Source: Takakia lepidozioides (taxonomy: Eukaryota; Plantae; Bryophyta). Taken from it: a DNA stretch of 64,000 nucleotides. Positions 12,909-25,261 of the stretch are shown here, one piece after another. Within the stretch, counting starts at the first letter, position 1, and each line of letters begins with the position of its first letter. Position numbers and translations under genes: made by a program. The stretch covers positions 85,994,001-86,058,000 of the forward strand of contig CM060731.1 of the NCBI GenBank assembly GCA_030704615.1, written 5' to 3'. The notes below the pieces were generated by a model. The model saw only the letters and a program-made list of their open reading frames with translations, had not been told where the DNA came from and did no database searches.

Positions 12909-13582
12909 GTAGTGTGAAAAAGAAGGGCATAAAGGTAAAGCTTGCTAGCCTAAGACACAAGCCCTTAATCAGTGACTCTACCATTCATGATCAGAGACCA
13001 GATGCCCTCATCCACGCCGCAGCGGAAGAGAAGACATGGATGGGACTGGGAAGTTTCTCCCTTTCATGACTTGGTACATCTAAGTAGGGTTTGCATGCAC
13101 CAATAAGGTTGGTGTGATAATTTTAGTCTTACAAACAGATCACTATCAAGGTGAATACACAGCCTATGAAGTGATTCCCTTTAAGCTGTACATACTGAAC
13201 TTCCTCCAGAATGATAGCACTATGATGTGAGAAGACAACATGGATATACCACAATGTACAGACATAGGTAATTCCTGCCTCTCATGGTTTTTCTTTTATC
13301 TCACAAGTGACCCTCCCTTCATTTTTCCTTTTCTTCCAAAACAAAGACCCTCTTCATTCTGATGCTTGCAGAAGCAATCAGTTTGTCAGGCAGTGGATAC
13401 AAAACACCCCTTAACTGTATCTACATTTTTCCAAGCACCACATCTGCATTCAGCCTTTAAGCAACGGATTTCCAAAACTGAGCCCTCTCATTCTAACTAT
13501 CAAAATGCATGGACAGTATCAGTCATGCAACCCTTAAGTGCTGCAGCTACACTCAATAATTTGCAGGAGTTCTATCATTCAG
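12908..13582. mobile_element. Putative LTR-like insertion, same family as 43694
   Basis: Both start TGTAGTGTGAAAAA..GGGCATAAA and share CCACGCCGCAGC(G/A)GAAGAGAA.ACATGGA. Both start exactly where a retroelement coding sequence is interrupted. The right end is not defined. Confidence 0.5.
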
Positions 13583-14210
13583 CACTCTATTGTGCAACGA
13601 CGCAATGGCGTGAGCATTGCGCGTGAGCGCGCGAGCGTACGCTCACGCAGGAGTGACGTGGCGTGAGCCTGCACACACGCTGATGTGGCGTGAGCGTCAT
13701 GTCAGCATGCTGATGTGGCGGTAAATGATGACATGGCACTGTCCGTCATCTGCCACGTCACCATTAACATGCGCCGCCTATAACCGTGGATGGTCCTATG
13801 ACCGTGGAATTAATGCAGGGAATCTTGCCTAAATAGAATCAAGACGAGCATTGAGGCCTACAATTGCAGCATCCAACAGTGTGCAATTACAAATGCTTGT
13901 TTCACTTTTACAATTACGAGGACGACAAAATATCCTCACAAAGTGTGCGCCATAAAGGCTGCCACGGGACCTCCTCCCTCCTCAAATAACAATGAGAGTT
14001 AGGATCATCTTCAAAAGATGATTGTAGTGCATAGCGACAGCAAGACATGTAGACTTCAAACGGTGCAATGACAAATGTGCACTACCTAAAAGTTGTCACT
14101 CAGAGCTGACTCCGTATAGTTGGAGGCCATATCATTGCACAGCCGACGAATTGATGTGAATTACACATTTCAAATCATGGTCATCCACATACCGCATTAC
14201 ATAGTTCATG

Positions 14211-17200
14211 CTACCCATGTGTTGTATCCCGCTGCAAAAGAGTATCGACCTCATTGAAACTCATAGTGGCCTGGTGAATGAAGTTGTCGCGTTTGGGATC
14301 GCAAACCATCCTCCTCAAAAATATGAAATACAAATGTTTGCAGGGTATGAATTTACCTCTCTTGCCCAAACTGGTTGATAGCATATTCACAAAATCAGGA
14401 CATGTGCAATTGGGGAAATTGGAAACCGTGATGTCGTAGGTCCTGTCATGAACAGCAGATGTGGAAGTGATGATTGTGAATACCCGACCATATCCTGGAT
14501 CGGGTACTTCCGTGGTGCTTCCAACACGAGCTTGGAGCATTCTTGCGGACTCCACTTTGCCAAAGTGTTCAGCGGTTGGAGGGAAACGCCGAACGAGCTT
14601 TCCATCTCGTTTGGTTGGCCACAAGTCAGGATTTGCCGGGGGGACCCGGGAGGACGCAGAAGTAGTAGCACATGCATGGAGTTGGGGTTGTCTCGCAAGG
14701 GAAAAACCTGCCTCCTCCAGCATTTCAATCTCTTGAAAGCTGAGATGTGTTCCCACCTTCACGGGCCAAACGGTTGGAGGAGTTGGCTTCATCACTACGG
14801 AAGGACGCACAGTTCCATGCACACATCTGGCACAATCATCTGCGCAGAACCAGAACTTGTGGTTCTTGGCTTCTGGTTGACCGTATGGACGCATCAAGCC
14901 CGTGAAAGTCGGAGCAGGAGTCGGGGCACCACCTCTGGATATAGATGAAGTGCATTTCTCGAAATTAGTTGCCCTGATCGCGTACATTTCACACGAGACC
15001 CTACACTTGTGCGTTCTATGTGCCAAACGTGGTCGGGGCATGCGGACTCAAGCACATCAAGGGGGTTGTTTCTCTCCTGCACCATTTCAGTGGCACTATT
15101 TGATGCTGGAGCTTGCCGTCGTGTTGGAGGTTCCTCCACAATGGAGGTTCCGGACATGGAGCTGTCATGCAGGGGAACACGAGGCTTCGAGAAGTTATCA
15201 CGGTCTGCCTTGTGGGAATCTGAATCCGAACCAGGTGGAGTGTTCAATTTCCTCTTACAGGAGCCGAATCTCTCCTCCCCTTCAAGATGTGGAACTCTAG
15301 AAACAAGTGGCGTTCCCTGGGCATACATGCTCACCGCCCGTGCTATCTTGATTGGATCCCCAGATCTGTTTGCAGCACGCAACATCAACTCCCATTTGTC
15401 CGGACCCTTGCCACCAACCCCACCTCGTAAGAAATCACGGTATCGGGTTTGTTGTTGCAAGGCACGTATCAAATCATCTGTTGTTGCCACATACAAATCC
15501 CGACCTCGTTTCCTAGACTGCTGCAACCATGCGTTGTGCACAGTTTCTGCCAAATTGCAAGATGGCATGTCCGCCATTTCCTCAATGGACATGTTCTGCA
15601 AAGAGGATAACCACACTTCAGAACAGTGCACAGGAAACAACATAAAGAAAGCAATGAGTCAAAAATATGGAAAGCAAATGTATGAATAAAGCATGAAATA
15701 GAAGCCTCGTACCATTGTCATGGCTGCTCCCCACTGTCTATACCGGAAGTGCCAAAACGCCAGCCAATCTTCCAATGCTCTCATACTCTCAAGTGATGCA
15801 GCTCCAGAAGAGAACCACCATGCACGAATTGTCTGGAACAAAGTGTCCGCCTCCTTCATTGTTCTAGCATCTTTGTACTCTTTGCACAATTTACGGTGCT
15901 GAGTCTGCATCTCTGGTTTGATGTCCGACTTTGTATGTTTTTCTAGAGATTGTGTCCAATGGAATAGACATGTACGCTCTCTTCCTAGCATAGGCACTTT
16001 TGGGTCGCCCGATCCAAAGACAATACGAACAGCATTGAAATTTGCTTGAGCACTATCCGCCATGAAACCTGCGAAATTTGGAGATGGCAGCCCATGGCAG
16101 CCCATGACACGTATCAGGGAATTCCACACGAGCTTCTGGGATTCTGTATCCTTGGATTGCATGTCACAAACTGCAATTGTCATAACTCGTTGGTACACTG
16201 GATCGTAGACATGACAAGCCATTGTCGTCCAATCCTTCACTTGTTTCACATGATCAAACATAAGAAAACAGTTCTGCAAGTCCCCAGTCTTCTGCATCCG
16301 CTTCACGAGGCTAACCCACTGCCCTCCCCAACAGTCGACATTTTGAAAAGAAAAACTTTGATGGCACCTTGACCTGGGAATACATTGTCCTGGATGTAAT
16401 CGTACTTGCTCACTCGTTTCAATTCCAAAATATTGTCTATGTAGCCTCTGATCCCAGAGCCCATTCTCAATGCATTGATCTGATGCCGAATGTTAGGTGA
16501 ACTTAAAGTGGAGAAATGATCCATGACCAGGTCCAATGCTGCACCGTCAAGTTTAGTCCCCACAGAATCTCCTTCACTCAAAATATGGCTTTCCAAGAAG
16601 GACTTGCTTGCGCCAAGAGCAATTGCAGATGTTGTTGCGGATGGGTTTCTCCCGAACTCCTGTTTGATCAACCTCGATACTGTCTCAACACTCTCCCTGT
16701 AATCCCCCTTCGAGACAGGATGGTTATGGAATCCAAAATGCACACAAGCTCTCGTCATTGTATTCAAATGGTGGACAACATAGTACATTCTTGCTCCGCA
16801 GAGCGCCAAACAGGATGGCACAAGTTTGCAGAATTTGCAGACGAAAGTGTTTGCCGGTGGAGGGGCAGTCCCAGGCTGAAATGGATTTTCCGCCAGACCC
16901 TCCCATTCGCTTTGATTATGAACCCCAGACTGAAGAAAGTGTCTGCAATTCAAATTATTACACCTAAGGTGTCCATTGCAAACTGTCCTCCTGAAAACAA
17001 GCTTGTCATCATTCTGAATATTGGATGTTTTTGTTCTGCACCACGGGTGCCAGTCGTGTTTCTTGTCCATTCCATGCATCATGATTGTTACACCTCCAAC
17101 TCGCGGAGGAGGAGGCAGCTCGAATAGGATATCGCCATCAAAAGTCTCCGGCAAGAACTTCACAGGCACCTGCTTCAAAGATTCCCAATCAATTCCCCGC

Positions 17201-17722
17201 AACTCACTTTTGAATCCAGCCATTCTCCCATCGCCCGCAATTTTGGAATGACACTACAAATCTCTTCTTCATCAGCTTCTCCAACCACAGTAGGAAGGAC
17301 TGGATTTGGAATTTCACTTATGTCATCATCGGAAGAATCCGAAAGCTCAACGATTGGAGTGGAGGACGTCTGTTCTTTTTTCACCACCACCTCCCTCTTG
17401 TCTTCAACGACCGAAGCAGCAGTCCCGGGCGTCACATATGACCCAAGGGACTGTCGCCGAGGCTCTCCAAGTACTCTGTATCGACCAGGACGCACTCTCC
17501 ACTGGCTGATATGAGCCGTCTCATCACGGTTTTGGAAAGAATATTTCACCAACTTCCCTTTAAGATCGTACACCTCTTTCTCCAAAAGATGGAGCCATTC
17601 TGCAGCTGAAAACGGGTAGCCAAGACATGTTCCAGAACAATTGCAAATCCATTGTCAAGGACTTCCTGGGAGAACGGCACTGGTTTGTCGTCAGAGAAGA
17701 ACTCCGCTTCAGAGGAAGCCAT
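14211..17722 (-). pseudogene. MULE-type DDE transposase with N-terminal GCM-like Zn domain and C-terminal SWIM (copy B)
   Basis: GCM-like WCRTKTSN..CNGHLRC..C..CKFC..CGARMYY..GFHNHP. D1 LMFDHVK, D2 FMADSAQANFNAVRIVF, CxxH CLFHW, E NLAETVH, SWIM CTCPDF...CKHLYFI. One intron at ~15597-15711. Several frameshifts. Confidence 0.85.
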
Positions 17723-18577
17723 CTTCCTTCCTCGCGTACGTTTGTACCTTGCTATCGCAGATCTAGTGTAAATCGGTTTACTGCTGTCTCCAGAACACAG
17801 TTGAAGAATGAGCAGAGAATATGGCGGAGGAAGCTCAGATAATGACTGTGCATATTATGTTATTCTTTCCAGATATGCAGCCGTCCATTTTAATTACTTT
17901 TTTTGTGGGCCCAATGGTCAGAGTATCCCTAGGTGCAGTGTCGGCAGCTGTAAAACCGTTAACCAGAACCTCATCAATAAACCCAACAACAAAGCCGACT
18001 TCCTGGAAGCATGCCACAGGATCTGAGAATGGGATTGCAGATTAAGTAAATATATCTTTATACTACTACCAATGTTCATGCGCACCTGGAAAGTTCAAAA
18101 TGTGAAACGAACGTGGGGTTGGCTAACAAGGATGACCGTGTATAATATCCCAAAATTTGTCATCAAACTCTCGTTCAATTACATATATTTGTCTAAGACT
18201 GTGCACCAAGATTTCTTGGATTCGCTGTTATTTTTAAATATTGAAACCGTTCTAATAAAGAACACGCCGTTTTTTTTGGGCGACACACGTCAGACATCCA
18301 TAACTGAATACGAACAGCTGTACACCAATTGCTGGTATGTGCACTAATAAGGGAACGACTATGTGTAACGGTCACGCGGGAGGGAATCCGATGCTTCTAG
18401 AGACACGCAAGAACGCAGGCAATCCCGCAAGAAATCGGGAGTCACTGCGTTTTTCTGCTTTTCGCGCTTAGAGGGAGAGTGGTAGTCAAGCTGGAGAGGG
18501 TTCATTCTAGAATACGAAAGAGAAGAAAGTCTCTTTATTTTACTTCCCTTAGAGAGAGACGCAGAGCAAGAGAGAAA

Positions 18578-18874
18578 ATGACGAGGCGTCGTTTGTTGGA
18601 GAACACAGGGCCAAGGCAGCAGGTGAACGCGGAGACTGATTCACAAGAGCAGACGGAGACTGAGGCAGCGGCTGTGACACAGTCGGCGATAAGAGTGCGC
18701 CAGCCTGTGGAGGCAGAGATGATTCGCAGGGACACTGAAGAAAGTGGAAGCACGCGGAACGCCGAACCGGGAGAAGGTCAAGAAACCCTAGCGCAGACAG
18801 AAATTCCAGCAGATGTGAGAGGGAAGAGGAAAGCTGCAGAAGGGGATCAAATTTCAAAACCTACGAAGGTGCCA
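18578..18874 (+). CDS. Probable exon 1 of the copy-A ParB-MTase gene, displaced by inversion
   Basis: 99-codon low-complexity exon with an NLS-like RGKRK, ending in a phase-0 CA|GTAAGT donor. It is divergent from the transposase as in copy C. The acceptor at 5264 is also phase 0. Confidence 0.6.
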
Positions 18875-18909
18875 GTAAGTTTTATCTAACTTATATTTCA
18901 TTGTTGAAA

Positions 18910-21900
18910 ACACCACATCTGGTTCAGCCATACTGTCGAACACTCCCTTCATACATGTCCACAAGGGTATTGTTCTGAATGACATTTTGTACAATTGCAG
19001 GTCTGACAATGCACCTACATTTGGCATACTTGTCCGCCAAGGCAGTGTTCACATCTGGTACAATTCTAGCTTTGACGATGTCACCACGGACCTCTTTCCC
19101 CTTTTTTAGAGCTCCTAGGCTTGCACACACATTGCAAACACAAACAAATGTGATGTGGTTGGGCTTCACCCCTTTGCGCAACATTTGCTCCTAGATCTCC
19201 AAAGCCTCCATCCCGCACCCTTGTTGTGCATATCCTGCAATCATCGCACTCCACGGCACAACATCTCGTTCAGCCATACTGTCGAACACTCCCTTCATAC
19301 ATGTACACAAGGGCATTGTTCTGAATGACATTTTGTACATTGCAGGTCTGACAATGCACCCACATTTGGCACACCTGTCCGCCAATGCAGTGTTCAGAAT
19401 GACATCTGGTACAATTCCAGCTTTGACGATGTCTCCGCGGACCTCTTTTCCCTTTTCCAGAGCTCCCAGGCTTGCACACGCATTGCAAACACAAACAAAT
19501 GTGATGTGGTTGGGCTTCGCCCCTTCGCGCAACATTTGCTCCTAGATCTCCAAAGCCTCCATCGCGCACCCTTGCTGTGCATATCCTGCAATCATCGCAC
19601 TCCACGACACAACATCTCGTTCATCCATACTGTCGAATACTCCCTTCATACATGTACACAAGGGTATTGTTCTGAATGACATTTTTTACAATTGCAGGTC
19701 TGACAATGCACCCACATTTGGCATACATGTCCACCAGGGCAGTGTTCAGAATGACATCTGGTACAATTCCAGCTTTGACGATGTCACCACGGACCTCTTT
19801 CCCCTTTTCCAGAGCTCCCAGGCTTGCACACGCATTGCAAACACAAACAAATGTGATGTGGTTGGGCTTCGCCCCTTCGCGCAACATTTGCTCCTAGATC
19901 TCCAAAGCCTCCATCGCGCACCCTTGTTGTGCATATCCTGCAATCATCGCACTCCACGGCACAACATCTCGTTCAGCCATACTGTCGAACACTCCCTTCA
20001 TACATGTACACAAGGGCATTGTTCTGAATGACATTTTGTACAATTGCAGGTCTGACAATGCACCTACATTTGGCATACTTGTCCGCCAGGGCAGTGTTCA
20101 GAATGACATCTGGTACAATTCTAGCTTTGACGATGTCACCACGGACCTCTTTCCCCTTTTTTAGAGCTCCTAGGCTTGCACACACATTGCAAACACAAAC
20201 AAATGTGATGTGGTTGGGCTTCACCCCTTTGCGCAACATTTGCTCCTAGATCTCCAAAGCCTCCATCCCGCACCCTTGCTGTGCATATCCTGCAATCATC
20301 GCACTCCACGGCACAACATCTCGTTCAGCCATACTGTCGAACACTCCCGTCATACATGTACACAAGGGCATTGTTCTGAATGACATTTTGTACAATTGGA
20401 GGTCTGACAATGCACCCACATTTGGCACACCTGTCCGCCAAGGCAGTGTTCAGAATGATATCTGGTACAATTCCAGCTTTGACGATGTCTCCACGGACCT
20501 CTTTTCCCTTTTCCAGAGCTCCCAGGCTTGCACACGCATTGCAAACACAAACAAATGTGATGTGGTTGGGCTTCACCCCTTCGCGCAACATTTGCTCCTA
20601 GATCTCCAAAGTCTCCATCGCGCACCCTTGCTGTGCATATCCTGCAATCATCGCACTCCACGACACAACATCTCGTTCATCCATACTGTCGAATACTCCC
20701 TTCATACATGTACACAAGGGTATTGTTCTGAATGACATTTTGTACAATTGCAGGTCTGACAATGCACCCACATTTGGCATACCTGTCCGCCAGGGCAGTG
20801 TTCAGAATGACATCTGGTACAATTCCAGCTTTGACGATGTCACCAACGGACCTCTTTCCTCTTTTCCAGAGCTCCCAGGCTTGCACACCCATTGCAAACA
20901 CAAACAAATGTGATGTGGTTGGGCTTCGCCCCTTCGCGCAACATTTGCTCCTAGATCTCCAAAGCTTCCATCGCGCACCCTTGTTTGTGCATATCCTGCA
21001 ATCATCGCACTCCACGACACAACATCTCGTTCATCCATATTGTCGATCACTCCCTTCATACATGTACACAAGGGTATTGTTCTGAATGACATTTTGTACA
21101 ATTGGAGGTCTGACAATGCACCCACATTTGGCATACATGTCCACCAGGGCAGTGTTCAGAATGACATCTGGTACAATTCCAGCTTTGACGATGTCACCAC
21201 GGACCTCTTTCCCCTTTTCCAGAGCTCCCAGGCTTGCACACGCATTGCAAACACAAACAAATGTGATGTGGTTGGGCTTCGCCCCTTCGCGCAACATTTG
21301 CTCCTAGATCTCCAAAGCCTCCATCCCGCACCCTTGTTGTGCATATCCTGCAATCATCGCACTCCACGACACAACATCTCGTTCATCCATACTGTCGAAT
21401 ACTCCCTTCATACATGTACACAAGGGTATTGTTCTGAATGACATTTTGTACAATTGCAGGTCTGACAATGCACCCACATTTGGCATACCTGTCCGCCAGG
21501 GCAGTGTTCAGAATGACATCTGGTACAATTCCAGCTTTGACGATGTCACCACGGACCTCTTTCCCCTTTTCCAGAGCTCCCAGGCTTGCACACCCATTGC
21601 AAACACAAACAAATGTGATGTGGTTGGGCTTCGCCCCTTCGCGCAACATTTGCTCCTAGATCTCCAAAGCCTCCATCCCGCACCCTTGTTGTGCATATCC
21701 TGCAATCATCGCACTCCACGACACAACATCTCGTTCATCCATATTGTCGATCACTCCCTTCATACATGTACACAAGGGTATTGTTCTGAATGACATTTTG
21801 TACAATTGGAGGTCTGACAATGCACCCACATTTGGCATACATGTCCACCAGGGCAGTGTTCAGAATGACATCTGGTACAATTCCAGCTTTGACGATGTCA

Positions 21901-23960
21901 CCACGGACCTCTTTCCCCTTTTCCAGAGCTCCCAGGCTTGCACACGCATTGCAAACACAAACAAATGTGATGTGGTTGGGCTTCGCCCCTCGCAACATTT
22001 GCTCCTAGATCTCCAAAGCCTCCATCCCGCACCCTTGTTGTGCATATCCTGCAATCATCGCACTCCACGACACAACATCTCGTTCATCCATACTGTCGAA
22101 TACTCCCTTCATACATGTACACAAGGGTATTGTTCTGAATGACATTTTGTGCAATTGCAGGTCTGACAATGCACCCACATTTGGCATACCTGTCCGCCAG
22201 GGCAGTGTTCAGAATGACATCTGGTACAATTCCAGCTTTGACGATGTCACCACGGACCTCTTTCCCCCTTTTTAGAGCTCCTAGGCTTGCACACACATTG
22301 CAAACACAAACAAATGTGATGTGGTTGGGCTTCGCCCCTTCGCGCAACATTTGCTCCTAGATCTCCAAAGCCTCCATCCCGCACCCTTGTTGTGCATATC
22401 CTGCAATCATCGCACTCCACGGCACAACATCTCGTTCAGCCATACTGTCAAACACTCCCGTCATACATGTACACAAGGGCATTGTTCTGAATGACATTTT
22501 GTACAATTGCAGGTCTGACAATGCACCCACATTTGGCACACCTGTCCGCCAAGGCAGTGTTCAGAATGACATCAGGTACAATTCCAGCTTTGACGATGTC
22601 TCCACGGACCTCTTTCCCCTTTTCCAGAGCTCCCAGGCTTGCACACGCATTGCAAACACAAACAAATGTGATGTGGTTGGGCTTCGCCCCTTCGCGCAAC
22701 ATTTGCTCCTAGATCTCCAAAGCCTCCATCGCGCATCCTTGTTGTGCATATCCTGCAATCATCGCACTCCATGACACCACATCTGGTTCAGCCATACTGT
22801 CGAACACTCCCTTCATACATGTCCACAAGGTATTGTTCTGAATGACATTTTGTACAATTGCAGGTCTGACAATGCACCTACATTTGGCATACTTGTCCGC
22901 CAGGGCAGTGTTCAGAATGACATCTAGTACAATTCTAGCTTTGACGATGTCACCACGGACCTCTTTCCCCTTTTTTAGAGCTCCTAGGCTTGCACACACA
23001 TTGCAAACACAAACAAATGTGATGTGGTTGGGCTTCCCCCCTTCGCACAACATTTGCTCCTAGATCTCCAAAGCCTCCATCCCGCACCCTTGTTGTGCAT
23101 ATCCTGCAATCATCGCACTCCACGGCACAACATCTCGTTCAGCCATACTGTCGAACACTCCCGTCATACATGTACACAAGGGCATTGTTCTGAATGACAT
23201 TTTGTACAATTGCAGGTCTGACAATGCACCCACATTTGGCATACCTGTCCGCCAGGGCAGTGTTCAGAATGACATCTGGTACAATTCCAGCTTTGACGAT
23301 GTCACCACGGACCTCTTTGCCCTTTTCCAGAGCTCCCAGGCTTGCACACACATTACAAACACAAACAAATGTGATGTGGTTGGGCTTCGCCCCTTCGCGC
23401 AACATTTGCTCCTAGATCTCCAAAGCCTCCATCCCGCACCCTTGCTGTGCATATCCTGCAATCATCGCACTCCACGACACAACATCTCGTTCATCCATAC
23501 TGTCGATCACTCCCTTCATACATGTACACAAGGGTATTGTTCTGAATGACATTTTGTACAATTGCAGGTCTGACAATGCACCCACATTTGGCATACATGT
23601 CCACCAGGGCAGTGTTCAGAATGACATCTGGTACAATTCCAGCTTTGACGATGTCACCACGGACCTCTTTCCCCTTTTCCAGAGCTCCTAGGCTTGCACA
23701 CACATTGCAAACACAAACAAATGTGATGTGGTTGGGCTTCGCCCCTTCGCGCAACATTTGCTCCTAGATCTCCAAAGCCTTCATCCTGCACCTTTGTTGT
23801 GCATGTCCTGCTTCATCGCACTCCATGACACCACATCTGGTTCAGCCATACTGTCGAACACTCCCTTCATACATGTCCACAAGGGTATTGTTCTGAATGA
23901 CATTTTGTACAATTGCAGGTCTGAAAATGCACCCACATTTGGCATACATGTCCACCAGGG
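18910..23960 (-). repeat. Tandem array of ~14 x 352-bp units derived from a PPR (PLS) coding segment
   Basis: Near-identical MLREG.KPNHITFVCVCN ORFs start at 19184, 19535, 19887, 20239, 20591, 21297, 21649, 21998, 22350, 22702, 23053, 23405 and 23757. Confidence 0.95.
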
Positions 23961-24442
23961 CAGTATTCAGAATGACATCTGGTACAACTCCAGCTTTGAT
24001 GTTGGCACCACGGACCTCTTTGCCCTCTTCCAGGGCTGCCAGGCTTGCAAATGCACAGACGTGATGTGGTCGGGCTTCACCCCTTCCACCATCATCTGCT
24101 CATAGGTCTCCAAAGCCTCTCCATCCCGCGCCCCTGTTGTGCATACCCTGCAAGCATCGCGTTCCACAACACCACATTTCATTCAGCCATATTGTTGAAC
24201 ACTGCCTTTGCATCCTCAATGCTCCAACATTTGGCATACAGGTCCCACAAGGGCATTGTTCAGAATGACATCGAATATAATTCCAGCTCTGACAATGTCG
24301 CCATGGGCCTCTTTGCCCTTTTCCAGAACTGCCAGGCTTGCACACGCACACAAACGTGATGTGGTTGGGCTTCACCCCTTCCCCCATCATTTGCTCATAG
24401 GTCTCCAAAGCCTCCACCCCACGTCCCAGGTGTGCATACCCT
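23961..24442 (-). pseudogene. PLS-PPR pseudogene segment upstream of the array
   Basis: [26 protein letters not shown] motifs, frameshifted. Cut at 24442 by a CACTA terminus. Confidence 0.85.
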
Positions 24443-25261
24443 CACTACTACGTTTAGGGGGGGTTAGCGACGCCAGGACCCCGGGTGCGCCGGACGCGCC
24501 GACCCCCCTGCGACTGCAGCGTCGCACACGCGCCTGGCCCGGGACTTGCGACGTCGGGGCGTCGTAACGCCGGCGCCCCCGGATTCGTGAATAGGGTTCA
24601 TCGCTTGCAAAAATTGGCCCTGCATTCCTTCCCCTCGCTGCATCCCCCCTTCTCCCAAGGCGCTTGTCCGAACGCCGTCCTGGCAGTCTTGTGTACATAT
24701 CTCCCATGGCAGAAAACCCGAGCACTATAGTTTACTGCCCTCCTCACGAGCATAGAGCTACATTTTCGTGCAAAGGGGAGATCTGCCGGGTGATGGAGAA
24801 ATATCTCTGCGTTCGATACCACCTGAAACCGGGGTCGGTATTTTTGGAGGAGGAAAGAAAGGATTCAAACGGAGTTGTAGTCGAAAGTATTGTTGTGCTC
24901 CACGATGATTTCGGCGACGGCAGGGAATGGCGAGTTCCACCATCGGACAACGTCATATACAGGGCTGTTGGGGACTTCATTTGCCCGCCAAATGCGCCTT
25001 CTATCCTGGCGCCTTCCACGAAACAATCCGCGAATCAGAGAGTGGGTACCTCAAAGAGAGAAGTCCGTAACGAAGTAAATCCAGAGCCGAACCCATCAAT
25101 GAAGATGAGCGAGAACCGGGTTGTTCACAACCTGTCCGACTCCCGATGAGGTCATGGAAGTTCCGAGATCATCTTGGAGATCAGACAAGTCCTCAATGGA
25201 CATCAGCGGACGAGGGAGTCATATTCCCAGCACGAATTTCCAGTTACATGGCCCAAAACTG
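24443..25261 (+). mobile_element. CACTA-ended transposon half E with transposase N-terminal fragment (ATG 24706)
   Basis: Starts CACTACTACGTTTAGGGGGGGTTAGCGACG with GCGACG/CGACGTC subterminal motifs. LCVRYHLKPGSVFLEE...WRVPP..YRAVG is homologous to copy C (LCNRFKLVPGSVFLED) and copy B (LATRFQLQNGSIF). Confidence 0.8.

Larger units (their letters stand above)
13583..18909 (-). mobile_element. DNA transposon half B (terminus, transposase, divergent exon 1); partner of copy A
   Basis: Candidate terminus CACTCTATTGTGCAACGACGC followed by clustered GCGTGAGC / (A)CGTGGC subterminal motifs (13600-13760). Contains the transposase gene. The terminus position is inferred. Confidence 0.65.

Noticed and set aside
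18910-23960. Intact giant PPR gene or many small genes
   Set aside because: Every 352-bp unit shifts frame and introduces a stop. The plus-strand ORFs are antisense shadows.
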